63,907 nucleotides of DNA from assembly GCA_031410955.1 (NCBI GenBank), contig JANOAD010000255.1, positions 1 to 63,907 on the forward strand. The letters run 5' to 3'. Position 1 is the first letter of the stretch; each line of letters begins with the position of its first letter. A program made the position numbers and the translations under genes. This document shows positions 19,854-29,000 of the stretch, one piece after another. This DNA comes from Novosphingobium sp. (lineage in GTDB: Bacteria; Pseudomonadota; Alphaproteobacteria; Sphingomonadales; Sphingomonadaceae). The notes beneath the pieces were generated by a model, which worked only from the letters and a program-made list of their open reading frames with translations, made no database searches and had not been told where the DNA came from.

Positions 19854-20986
19854 GCAATTGGCATCCACCCGCGCCGTTCGCGCCAGTCAGCCTCAAGCCC
19901 GGCAAAACGCGACAGCTTGAGCAGGTCGATATCGGCGAACGAGCATTTGCCGTCGATCACCAAGTCGCGGATCGCATGGCCCGATGCTGGCGAGAGCCCG
20001 AAGCCGACCCCCGACATCGAGGCGACCACCACATTGTCCGGACTGGTGAGCCGGTCGATGATCGGCCGGCCATCGGGCGAATTCTCGATCACCCCGGCCC
20101 AGCTGCGGATCACATTGAGGTGCGCGGCCTTGGGGAGCAGTTCGGCCAGCCGCCGTGCAAGATTGCGCGCGAGCGGCGTCGACGGGCGCGCGGCCGGGCC
20201 GGTTTCATCCACGTCGAGCCATTCATGCGGGCCGCCGCCATAGGCGAGATTGCCGCGCATCGTCTGGCGGCCATAGAGCTTGTGTCCGTCGACCCCGCCG
20301 AGCGGCATCATCGGCGCGGGTTCGGTGATGATCATCTCGGCCCGGGCCGCTGCGAGCGGGACCTCGACCCCGAGCTGCGCCATCAGCTGCGGGATCTGCG
20401 GTCCGGCTGCAACCACCACCGCATCGCAGCCGTAAGTGGCATTGGCGGTCTTGACCGCAGTGACCTTGCCGCCTGCGGTTTCGAAGCCGGTAACCGGGCT
20501 GTGCTGATGGATCTTGCCGCCGAGGTCCTGCAAGGCCCAGGCATAGGCCTGAACGCTGCGCTGCGGATTGGCATGGCCGCCAAACTTGTAGTGCACCCCG
20601 CCGAAGCAATTGTCCCCTGCCAGCGGCACGGCCTCTTGCACCTGCTTCGCGTCGAGCACCTCGACCGGGTGGCCGAGCCGCTGATGCCGCGCGGCGACGA
20701 AACGGTACTGCTCCCACTGCCGATCGGTCATCGCGATCAGGATGCGCTCTTTCTGGTGCTCGGTCGGATAGCCGAGCAGGTCGTCCATTTGCGGCCAGAG
20801 GCGCTGTTCCTCATCGAACAGCGGGCTCGAATAATGCGAGGCCCCGCCGCCATTGCGTCCCGATGCTTCCCACCCGACAATGAACTTGTCGAGCACGGTG
20901 ACCTTGACGCCCGAGCGCGCGAGCCACCACCCGGCGCTGAGGCCGGTGACGCCGCCGCCGACGATGACGACTTCCGACCCGCTCAT
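19850..20986 (-). CDS. DAO-family FAD oxidoreductase (opine oxidase B/HcnC-like)
   Basis: VVIVGGGVTG, ASGRNGG, RSWAG, SPDGRPII, GFGLSPASG. Confidence 0.82.
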   Translation of the reverse strand: MSGSEVVIVGGGVTGLSAGWWLARSGVKVTVLDKFIVGWEASGRNGGGASHYSSPLFDEEQRLWPQMDDLLGYPTEHQKERILIAMTDRQWEQYRFVAARHQRLGHPVEVLDAKQVQEAVPLAGDNCFGGVHYKFGGHANPQRSVQAYAWALQDLGGKIHQHSPVTGFETAGGKVTAVKTANATYGCDAVVVAAGPQIPQLMAQLGVEVPLAAARAEMIITEPAPMMPLGGVDGHKLYGRQTMRGNLAYGGGPHEWLDVDETGPAARPSTPLARNLARRLAELLPKAAHLNVIRSWAGVIENSPDGRPIIDRLTSPDNVVVASMSGVGFGLSPASGHAIRDLVIDGKCSFADIDLLKLSRFAGLEADWRERRGWMPIA

Positions 20987-22446
20987 TCGTACATCCCCGT
21001 GTAGAGCATGCCGCGATGCTCATCTTCATGCGGGGTGCCGATATCCTCGACCGGGACCCATTGGGTCGGGATGCCGAACCACACGTCCCACGCGGCGTCC
21101 ATCTGGGCCGGCTCGTTCCAGTCGGCGAGGATCTTCAGCGGCAGTGGCCGCACCGGAGCGCGGTGGCTGGCGAGCGGAATCGCGGCGAACGGCTGCCCGG
21201 ATTCGAGCGCGAGCAGCATCGCCACCTGATCGCGGCAGCGCCGGCCCTGGCAAACCCCCATGCCCGCGCGGGTCAGTCGCTTGATCTGGTCGGGATTGGC
21301 CGGCCCGTCCTGCAGCAGGGTTTCGAGCGAGCGCGCGCACATCGCGGGCGGACGGTCGAGATAGTTCGGCGGCTGCACGCCCAGCAGGTCGGCGCGGGTC
21401 ACCTCCTCGCACTGGCAGATGATCGCCTCAGGTGCGCTGGATGCAGCCAGAGCACGGACCCAATCCATCCGGTATTCCACGTGATCGAAACTGCCGCCGG
21501 GAAGGCCGGCGCAGAGGCCGACCGCTGAAACAGTCGCCTCGCCGACGGGAACATAGCCGCCGCGCATGGCATCGAGTTCGCGCTGGCCGTGCATTGCATC
21601 GACCAGTTCGATTGAGGGAATCAGGCCCACCGCGGTGCAGATCGTGTCGCACACGATGGTCTCGCCCGTGGTCAGAGTCCCTGCCTCGATGCCATTGATC
21701 CCGCCCTTGGCCGAGGCGATCGAGGTGTTGCAGTGAACGGAGATCCCGGCGGCGGCGAGCTGGGCGAGCAACTCGGCCGAGCCCTGCGGCGCGGCGCGCA
21801 CTTCCACCAGCCCGGCCACCTCCAGCCCGTGCTCGATCGCGATCAGCGCGGTTTCCAATGCCAAATCATGCGAGCCGAGGATCAGCACGCGATGGCCGTC
21901 AAAAGCGGCGTAGCGGGTCAGCAGCATCTGCAACGCGGCCGCGCCCATCACTCCGGGCTGGTTCCAGCCGGGGAAGGCCAGTGCCAGATCGCGGGCCCCG
22001 GTGGCGAGCACGATCCGGCCGAACCCGACAAGCCACGAACGCTCCGCATCGGCGAGGCCCACGACCTGCTCGGGTAGGCTCTGCACGCCGGGTCCGTTGC
22101 GGTAGACGCCCCATGCTGTCGTTCCCAGAAGCAGTTCGACGCCCGCTTCCATCGCCTGTTCGAGCTCAGGCATCGACATGAACACGGCTTCGAGCATTCG
22201 TTCGCTGTTCTGCGTCGCGGCGGTCATCCGGCCGCCGAAATAGAGCGGCACGTCATTGCCCATCAGCGCGCCTGAAACCGGGTTTTCGTCGACCAGCAAG
22301 ATCGATGCGCCCGACCGCTTTGCTTCGAGCGCCGCCGCGATGCCACTCGGGCCGGCTCCGACCACGACCACGTCATAATACGCGTCGGCCGGGCTGCGCG
22401 TGCCATTGATCGCGCAAATATCGGTTCCGGTGAAGTTGAGTTCCAT
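20983..22446 (-). CDS. NAD(P)/FAD oxidoreductase with C-terminal BFD-like Fe-S motif (opine oxidase A/HcnB-like)
   Basis: VVVGAGPSG, LATGARD..FPGWNQPGV, ICQCEEV, KRLTRAGMGVCQGRRC, RAPVRP; TGATG overlap with the upstream gene. Confidence 0.82.
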   Translation of the reverse strand: MELNFTGTDICAINGTRSPADAYYDVVVVGAGPSGIAAALEAKRSGASILLVDENPVSGALMGNDVPLYFGGRMTAATQNSERMLEAVFMSMPELEQAMEAGVELLLGTTAWGVYRNGPGVQSLPEQVVGLADAERSWLVGFGRIVLATGARDLALAFPGWNQPGVMGAAALQMLLTRYAAFDGHRVLILGSHDLALETALIAIEHGLEVAGLVEVRAAPQGSAELLAQLAAAGISVHCNTSIASAKGGINGIEAGTLTTGETIVCDTICTAVGLIPSIELVDAMHGQRELDAMRGGYVPVGEATVSAVGLCAGLPGGSFDHVEYRMDWVRALAASSAPEAIICQCEEVTRADLLGVQPPNYLDRPPAMCARSLETLLQDGPANPDQIKRLTRAGMGVCQGRRCRDQVAMLLALESGQPFAAIPLASHRAPVRPLPLKILADWNEPAQMDAAWDVWFGIPTQWVPVEDIGTPHEDEHRGMLYTGMYE

Positions 22447-23705
22447 CAGACTGCTTCCAATGCCTGCGCGAGATCCGCGATCAGATCGTCGACATGTTCG
22501 AGCCCGACCGACAGCCGCATCGTGCCAGCGGTAATACCGCCATCGAGCCGCTGCGCGGGGGTAAGGGCGTAATGCGTGGTGCTGGCCGAATGGCAGATCA
22601 GCGTTTCCGACCCGCCCAGGCTGACCGCCAATTTGAGCAGGCGCAGCTGGTCGAGCATGCGGAAGGCTTCCGCCTCGCCGCCGTGGAGGTGGAACGAGAA
22701 GGTCGATCCTGCGGCCTTGCATTGGCGGTCGTAAACCGCGCGGCTCCGGCTGCCTTCGGGCAGGAAGCCCAGATAGGTGACCCCGGCCACCTTGGGATGA
22801 TCGCGCAGGAATTCGGCCACGCTGCGGGCATTGCTCATCGCGCGTTCGGTGCGGACGTGAACAGATTCGAGGCTGCGGCTCACTAGCCATGCGGTGTAGG
22901 GGTCGAGGTGATTGCCCCAGGTGGTGCGCATCGTCTTGAGCTGGTCGATCAGCTCGCGCCGCCCGCTTATCCCGCCAGCCAGCAGGTCGCTATGGCCGCC
23001 GCAATATTTGGTCAGCGAGGTCATGCACAGGTCCGCGCCCAGCTCGATCGGGCGCTGGGCAAACGGGCCGAGCAGTGTGTTGTCGACCACCACCAGCGGC
23101 CGATGCCCCTGCCGCGCGCCGATCTCATCGGCCAGCCGCACCATCAATTCGAGATCGACGATCGCGGCGGTGGGATTGGCCGGGGTTTCGGCGATGATCA
23201 GCTTGAGCGGGCCTTGCGTCATCGCCGCATCGGCCGCCGCGCGTACCCCCGCGTCGTCGGTGCCATCCAGATAGGCCGCAGCATGGCAGCCGTACTGCGG
23301 CATCACGCTGTTGTAGAGCATGTCGACGCCGCCATAGATCGGCCGGCCATGCAGCGCGCTGTCGCCCGGGCGCATGAAGGCCAGCGCGATCGAGGAATGC
23401 GCCGCCATGCCGCTGCTGTAGGCAACCGCCGCTTCGGCTCCGTCGATCGCGGCCAGCCGTGCTTCGAGCACGTCGAGTCCGGGATGGCCCAGCCGCGAAT
23501 AGATATGCTGTGCCTCGCCCGCCAGCGGCCCGGTGCCGTCGAAGAACGCCTCGTGGACGTGCTTGGCATGCTGCGCCGAGGGGTAGACGAAGGTCGAGGT
23601 CATGTAGATCGGCGGCTTGGCCGATCCCGATGCGGTTCGCGGATCGTAACCGAAAGCTACGGCGAGTGTTTCCGGCCTGAAGCCGGTGGGCGGGTCAATC
23701 GACAT
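22446..23705 (-). CDS. PLP-dependent Cys/Met metabolism lyase (cystathionine gamma-synthase/methionine gamma-lyase family)
   Basis: YSRLGHP, SSGMAA, ETPANPT, VVDNT, PLP-Lys motif SLTKYCGGHSD, AVSLGGSETL, RLSVGLE. Confidence 0.9.
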   Translation of the reverse strand: MSIDPPTGFRPETLAVAFGYDPRTASGSAKPPIYMTSTFVYPSAQHAKHVHEAFFDGTGPLAGEAQHIYSRLGHPGLDVLEARLAAIDGAEAAVAYSSGMAAHSSIALAFMRPGDSALHGRPIYGGVDMLYNSVMPQYGCHAAAYLDGTDDAGVRAAADAAMTQGPLKLIIAETPANPTAAIVDLELMVRLADEIGARQGHRPLVVVDNTLLGPFAQRPIELGADLCMTSLTKYCGGHSDLLAGGISGRRELIDQLKTMRTTWGNHLDPYTAWLVSRSLESVHVRTERAMSNARSVAEFLRDHPKVAGVTYLGFLPEGSRSRAVYDRQCKAAGSTFSFHLHGGEAEAFRMLDQLRLLKLAVSLGGSETLICHSASTTHYALTPAQRLDGGITAGTMRLSVGLEHVDDLIADLAQALEAV

Positions 23706-24906
23706 GTGCAGCAAGGTATGCACGGGCCTTGTCGCAATACCAGTCGGTAAAGCGCATCACGAGCATCTCGGCATCTTCGGAGTAAGGTCCGGGTGTGTAG
23801 CCCGGGCTCTCGATCCCCGCACTATTGTTCTCCGCCAGTTCCTTGTCCTGCAGATTGGTGCGGGTCCACAGGTCGGTCAGTTCGCCCAGGTGGTAGTCCG
23901 CCCCTTCGACCGCGTCCTTGTGGACCAGCCACTTGCTGAACACGTGGGTTTCAGCGGGACCGACCGGCATGCAGCTGAACGTGAAGGAATGATCGGCGGC
24001 GGCATGGCCAAACAGGTGCGGGTCGATTGCCCAGCGCATCGAGCCGAGATCGCCGTCGCCAGCTGGGCACATCAGTTTCTTCGAGAGAGGCTGCCCATTG
24101 GGCGAAATCGACACGCAGCCTTCGTTCAAGGCAAAGCGCGCGACTTGCCACCAGTGCCCCTCGGCCGGAGCGTTGGCCAGACCAAGCTGATCCATCCGGT
24201 CAGCAAAGGCCGCGTTGCGGGCATTTTCGCCGATATCGAAATGCTTGGACATACCGACCGGGAAAGTCCGCGAAAGCTCGGGATGCCCGGTCGCGCAGTG
24301 ATAACACTCGCGCGCGTTTTCCATCACCAGCTTCCAGTTGGCATAGTCGACCAGCACCGCCGATGCCGCGAGCTTGGCGTTTTTGAAATCGTGCGGTGCG
24401 GCGTAAGCTTCGAATTTGGCGCCAAATTCGGCGAAGGGCGGCGGAGTGTCGGCCAGGCAGATGAAGATCCCCCCGGCGATGCACTCGGTCGCCACTGGCC
24501 TCAGCCCGTGATCGGCCTTGTTGAAATCGGCTGGCATGCGCCCGGCGGCCAGCAGCCCGCCGTCGAGGTCATAGGTCCAGCGGTGATAGGGGCAGACCAG
24601 CCGTGCGGCCGAGCCGCTGCCCGGCTTGCAAATTTGCGATCCCCGGTGCCGGCAGCTGTTGTGGAAGGCCTTGATCTCGCCGTCGCGGTTGCGCGTGATC
24701 AGGACCGGCCATTTGCCCACGGTCATCGCCATGTAGGTGCCGGGCTTGGGCAGTTCGCATTCGAACCCGGCCATCAGCCAGCTTTGCCCGTAGATCGCGT
24801 CCATATCGAATTCGAAAGCGCGGGAATCGAGGTAAAGGCCCTGCGGCAGGGAATGGCCGGCACGGCGCGCTGCGAATTGGCCGGCGGCCCACGCCAGGTC
24901 AGACAT
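23695..24906 (-). CDS. Rieske oxygenase alpha subunit, GbcA/Stc2-type N-demethylase (second copy)
   Basis: NSCRHRGS...CPYH; ANWKLVMENARECYHC..GHPEL; PGPYS near the C-terminus. Confidence 0.85.
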   Translation of the reverse strand: MSDLAWAAGQFAARRAGHSLPQGLYLDSRAFEFDMDAIYGQSWLMAGFECELPKPGTYMAMTVGKWPVLITRNRDGEIKAFHNSCRHRGSQICKPGSGSAARLVCPYHRWTYDLDGGLLAAGRMPADFNKADHGLRPVATECIAGGIFICLADTPPPFAEFGAKFEAYAAPHDFKNAKLAASAVLVDYANWKLVMENARECYHCATGHPELSRTFPVGMSKHFDIGENARNAAFADRMDQLGLANAPAEGHWWQVARFALNEGCVSISPNGQPLSKKLMCPAGDGDLGSMRWAIDPHLFGHAAADHSFTFSCMPVGPAETHVFSKWLVHKDAVEGADYHLGELTDLWTRTNLQDKELAENNSAGIESPGYTPGPYSEDAEMLVMRFTDWYCDKARAYLAAHVD

Positions 24907-25063
24907 CAGCAAACTCCCCCTAAAGCATTGCCGGGGATAGTGACGCAGGTCCCCGGAAACGGGAAATCGACTTTAGGCATAGCCCTATGTCAAATAGTCA
25001 GACATCAGGTCTCCGCAGTTCGGCTGCGGCAAGAGGGGCGGGATCATCGCGAACAAGGCTGTC

Positions 25064-25984
25064 ATGAACCGGCGCTGGCTTCCGCTCAATGCGCTCAGGG
25101 CGTTCGAAGCGGTCGGCAAGCAGCTCAGCTTCACCGGCGGGGCGGCGGCACTGTCGGTTTCGCAAAGCGCGCTGAGCCGCCATGTCAGCGCGCTCGAAAG
25201 CCTGCTCGGCAAGCAGCTGTTCGAGCGCGACGCGGGACGCTTGTCGCTGACCGCCGCCGGCGAAGAGCTGCTGGCGGTGGTGTCCAAGTCGCTCGAGCGG
25301 ATCGAGCAGACGATGAATGCGATCCGCGACGAAAGCATGCCGGGCCGGGCGATGCGATTGCACGTGCCGCCTTCGCTGCTCCAGCAGGTGTTCATGCCGA
25401 TGCTCAGCGAGTTCCGCCGCGATCATCCTGAAGTGCGCATCGATCTTTCCAGTGCCAACGTGACCGGCCTCCCGCCAACCGAGCTCGACATGGCGATTGT
25501 CTATGACCGGCCCAACGTCGATGATCGCATCACCGATCTGTTATGGATGGTCCGCGTCGCGCCCCTGTGCTCACCGGAAACTGCAGCCGCCGCTGCCGGC
25601 AAGTCGCTGGAGCAGTTCCTGTCGGGTCAGGAATTGCTGCATCTCAAGCTGGAAGGCCAGCCGCGCGACCTGCTGTGGGGTGATTACCTGCGCCGCAATG
25701 GGGTCGCCCTGCCGACCATGGATGGCCTTGCCTTCGATACGGCCATTGCGTCAGCCAAGTACGCCATGACCTCGGGCGGGGTCATGCTCGGCGATGTCGA
25801 TCTGTTTGCCGCCGAACTCGCTTCAGGCCAGTTGGTGATGCCCTATGAAGTGGTGATCGAGGATGGCTATGGCTATTACCTCAAACTGCACGCCGACGAT
25901 CTAGCCGATCCCGCAATTGCGTCGTTCAGAAGCTGGCTGATCGCCCGGTTTGCAGCGCTGCGCGGAGTTACTGCGCGAGGATGA
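25064..25984 (+). CDS. LysR family regulator, GcvA-like
   Basis: LPLNALRAFEAVGKQLSFTGGAAALSVSQSALSRHV; divergent from operon B. Confidence 0.9.
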   Translation: MNRRWLPLNALRAFEAVGKQLSFTGGAAALSVSQSALSRHVSALESLLGKQLFERDAGRLSLTAAGEELLAVVSKSLERIEQTMNAIRDESMPGRAMRLHVPPSLLQQVFMPMLSEFRRDHPEVRIDLSSANVTGLPPTELDMAIVYDRPNVDDRITDLLWMVRVAPLCSPETAAAAAGKSLEQFLSGQELLHLKLEGQPRDLLWGDYLRRNGVALPTMDGLAFDTAIASAKYAMTSGGVMLGDVDLFAAELASGQLVMPYEVVIEDGYGYYLKLHADDLADPAIASFRSWLIARFAALRGVTARG

Positions 25985-28325
25985 TCTCGGCGGCGGCATC
26001 GAACACGGCTTCGGGATCGAGCCGGTAGGTGCGGTAGAGGTCGGGCAGGTCGCCGGTCTGACCGAACCGGTCGATCCCCAGCGGGCTGACCCGCTGGCCG
26101 CGGACCGAGCCGAGCCACGACAAAGCCGCCGGAGAGCCATCGATCAGAGTGACGATCCCGGCATCCCGGGCCAGCGGGGCCAGCAGTGTTTCGATATGGC
26201 TGGGCTGGCGCGCATCGCCCGCGCCGCGCAAGGCGTTGGCCGCCGACCATTCGCGATGCAGCAAGTCGGGCGAAGTGACTGCCAGCAGGCCGAGGCCGGG
26301 CACGTCTTCCTTGAGCGCCTCCCACGCGGCCATCGCCTCGGGCGCGATCGCGCCGACATAGGCAATCGCCAGCCTGCTCCCGGCCGCAGGGGGCCGCAGC
26401 CAATAGGCACCGCGCAGCGCATCGGCCTTCCAGCTCTCGTCCACCCGCTCCACTTGCTCGAGCAAGCGGGTCGAGAGGCGCAGATAGACCGAGCCGCCAT
26501 CATCGTCCTGCATGTGGCCGAACGCCCAATGCATCAACAGGGCCAGCTCATCGGCATAGGCCGGTTCGAAATAGGTCAGGCCCGGCTGACCCATCCCGAT
26601 CAGCGGGGTGTTGATCGACTGGTGCGCCCCGCCTTCGGGACCGAGCGTGAGGCCGGCTGGCGTCGCCACCAGCAGGAAGCGCGCATCTTGGTAGCAGGCA
26701 TAGTTGAGCGCATCGAGCCCGCGGGCGATGAACGGATCATAGACCGTGCCGATCGGCAGCAACCGATGCCCGAACACAGGGCCCGACAGCCCGAGCGCGG
26801 CGAGCAGCAGGAACAGGTTGTTTTCCGCAATGCCCAACTCGATATGTTGCCCGGCAAGATTGCCGGCCCATTTCTGCGGCGAGGGGATCTTGTAGCCGGC
26901 GAAGATGTCCTTGAGCTCCTGCCGCCGGAACAGCCCGCGCTGGTTTACGAAGGCGCCAAGGTTGGTCGAGACGGTGACATCGGGCGAAGTGGTCACGATC
27001 CGGTCGGCCAGGGCATGGCCGGATTTGGACAAGTCCAGCAGGATCCGGCCAAATGCGGCCTGGGTGGATTGCTCGGCGCCGTCGGGAACCGCGACAGCGT
27101 CGGGCACCGGGATGGCCGCAGCGGGCGGTGCGGCGCGGGCGAGCACGGCGCGGGCCGGCTCGATGAACGCCTTGAGATCCTCGATGCTGTTATCGCCCAG
27201 CCCTGCGAACGGCTCCCATTCCTTACCTTCTGCAATGCCCAGGCTTTCGCGCAGTGACGCGATCTGGGTGGGGTTCATCAGCCCGGCGTGGTTGTCCTTG
27301 TGCCCCTGGAAGGGCAGGCCATAGCCCTTGACCGTGTAGGCAATGAACATGGTCGGGCGTTCATCGTCGGCCTCGGCAAAAGCCTCGAGCAGCGTCTCGA
27401 TGCAATGCCCGCCAAGATTGAGCATCAGTGCCGAGAGTGCGGCATCGTCCATGCTGGCAATCAGCGCCAGCGCCCGCTTGTCAGCCGTCAGATCGGTGTT
27501 GAGTCGCAGCCGCCAGGCCGCGCCGCCCTGATAGGTCAGCGCGGCATATTCGGCGTTGGGGCAATCATCGATCCAGCGTTCGATCGCCGCGCCGCCGGGG
27601 CGCTTGAACACCGCGCGCTGCATCTTGCCGTGCTTCAGGGTCAGCACCCGCCAGCCGCAGGTTTCGAAGATATCATCGAACCGCCGGAACATCCGGTCGG
27701 CGGTGGTCGAATCGAGCGACTGGCGGTTGTAGTCGACGATCCACCAGCAGTTCCGGATGTCGTGCTTGTAGCCCTCGATCAGGCATTCGTAGATATTGCC
27801 TTCATCGAGCTCCGCATCGCCCATCAGCGCGATCATCCGCCCGGCCTCGGCCTGGGCCATCTGGCCGTGCGCGATCAGGTAATCCTGCACCAGGCTGGCA
27901 AAGGCGGTCATTGCGACGCCAAGCCCGACCGACCCGGTGGAGAAATCGACCGGGATCTTGTCCTTGGTTCGCGAAGGGTAACTCTGCGCGCCGCCCAGCC
28001 CGCGGAACGCCTGCAGCTGCTCAAGCGACTGGTTGCCGAGCAGGTAGTGGATCGCGTGCAGCACCGGCCCGGCATGCGGCTTAACCGCGACCCGGTCCTG
28101 CGGCCGCAGCGCATGAAAATACAGCGCGGTCATGATCGTCGTAATCGATGAGCAACTGGCCTGATGACCGCCGACTTTAAGGCCATCGCGGCTTGTCCGC
28201 AGATGGTTGGCGTTGTGAATGATCCACGACGACAGCCAGCGCAGCCGGCTGTCGATCAGTTCAAGCCGGGCGACGCGTTCGTGCAGCGCGTCAGGCGCCA
28301 ACTCTTGGTAGGTCGTTTGGTCCAT
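25968..28325 (-). CDS. TPP-dependent 2-oxoacid dehydrogenase E1/transketolase-like protein (AceE/MdeB-like)
   Basis: KVGGHQAS, QSYPS, FSTGSVGLG, TPP motif GDAELDEG, ELGIAENN, EGGAHQS. Confidence 0.85.
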   Translation of the reverse strand: MDQTTYQELAPDALHERVARLELIDSRLRWLSSWIIHNANHLRTSRDGLKVGGHQASCSSITTIMTALYFHALRPQDRVAVKPHAGPVLHAIHYLLGNQSLEQLQAFRGLGGAQSYPSRTKDKIPVDFSTGSVGLGVAMTAFASLVQDYLIAHGQMAQAEAGRMIALMGDAELDEGNIYECLIEGYKHDIRNCWWIVDYNRQSLDSTTADRMFRRFDDIFETCGWRVLTLKHGKMQRAVFKRPGGAAIERWIDDCPNAEYAALTYQGGAAWRLRLNTDLTADKRALALIASMDDAALSALMLNLGGHCIETLLEAFAEADDERPTMFIAYTVKGYGLPFQGHKDNHAGLMNPTQIASLRESLGIAEGKEWEPFAGLGDNSIEDLKAFIEPARAVLARAAPPAAAIPVPDAVAVPDGAEQSTQAAFGRILLDLSKSGHALADRIVTTSPDVTVSTNLGAFVNQRGLFRRQELKDIFAGYKIPSPQKWAGNLAGQHIELGIAENNLFLLLAALGLSGPVFGHRLLPIGTVYDPFIARGLDALNYACYQDARFLLVATPAGLTLGPEGGAHQSINTPLIGMGQPGLTYFEPAYADELALLMHWAFGHMQDDDGGSVYLRLSTRLLEQVERVDESWKADALRGAYWLRPPAAGSRLAIAYVGAIAPEAMAAWEALKEDVPGLGLLAVTSPDLLHREWSAANALRGAGDARQPSHIETLLAPLARDAGIVTLIDGSPAALSWLGSVRGQRVSPLGIDRFGQTGDLPDLYRTYRLDPEAVFDAAAEIILAQ

Positions 28326-28420
28326 CGCTTGGATCTAGCAGGTTTGCTCCGGCTGGCGAGCCCAGGTTTACAGGCTTCACGCTTGACCTGCCGTTCCAGG
28401 TGCCGTTGATCATCGCCGTC

Positions 28421-28960
28421 ATGTCTGCCTTCCTCTTCACGATGATTGCCGCGCTGGTCGCCGGACTTGGTGCACGCGACCAGATGCTGGTGGCCGAGCT
28501 ATCGGCCCGGCGTGGGTCCGGGCTCGGTGTGCTGGTCACCGCAGTTGCGATTGCCATGCTCAGCGCTGGGATTGCAGGCTGGGCCGGCGGGCTTGTTGCG
28601 CCGCAGTTGCTGCCCCGCGCGCGCATCGTGCTGGTCGCGATGGCGCTGGGTCTTGCCGCAATCGAACTCATCGTGCTGCGCCCGCGCCGCCGCGCCGCCG
28701 AGCCGACCGAATCGCTGGGCGCCCTGGCGGTGGTTCTGCTCGCGCACCAGCTGACCGACGCGTCGCGGCTGCTGGTCTTCGCCTTGGCTGCGGCCAGTGC
28801 GTTCCCGGTCTTCGCCATGCTGGGCGGCATGGCGGGCTGCACGCTGAGCATGGCGGCGGGCTGGGGCGGGGGCGATGCACTGCTGCGTCTGCCGCTCGGC
28901 TGGCTGCGTGCCGGGCTTGGCGTGGTGCTCGCACTGGTCGCAGCTTATCTGGTCATCTGA
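28421..28960 (+). CDS. Membrane protein, degenerate GDT1/UPF0016-like
   Basis: About 6 hydrophobic helices in two similar halves; AGLGARDQ and HQLTDASR sit where the family has ExGD(K/R)(T/S). Confidence 0.5.
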   Translation: MSAFLFTMIAALVAGLGARDQMLVAELSARRGSGLGVLVTAVAIAMLSAGIAGWAGGLVAPQLLPRARIVLVAMALGLAAIELIVLRPRRRAAEPTESLGALAVVLLAHQLTDASRLLVFALAAASAFPVFAMLGGMAGCTLSMAAGWGGGDALLRLPLGWLRAGLGVVLALVAAYLVI

Positions 28961-29000
28961 ACATTTCGCACCGCGCACCGAGGTGCTATGCCGCGCGCCG

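Noticed and set aside
19850-22446. Hydrogen cyanide synthase hcnABC
   Set aside because: Only family-level resemblance, no hcnA, and the catabolic context favours an opine/imino-acid oxidase-like role.
20983-22890. ORF-track N-terminal extensions (20983-22890, 15550-18423, 30642-32006, 46953-49139, 40025-40927)
   Set aside because: The extensions overlap neighbouring real genes; downstream starts give normal family lengths and coupled junctions, so they are not fusions.
24976-25005. Short dyads CATAG-CC-CTATG and ATGTC-N9-GACAT between the Rieske and LysR genes
   Set aside because: Plausible LysR sites, but 5-bp arms are too short to support a call.
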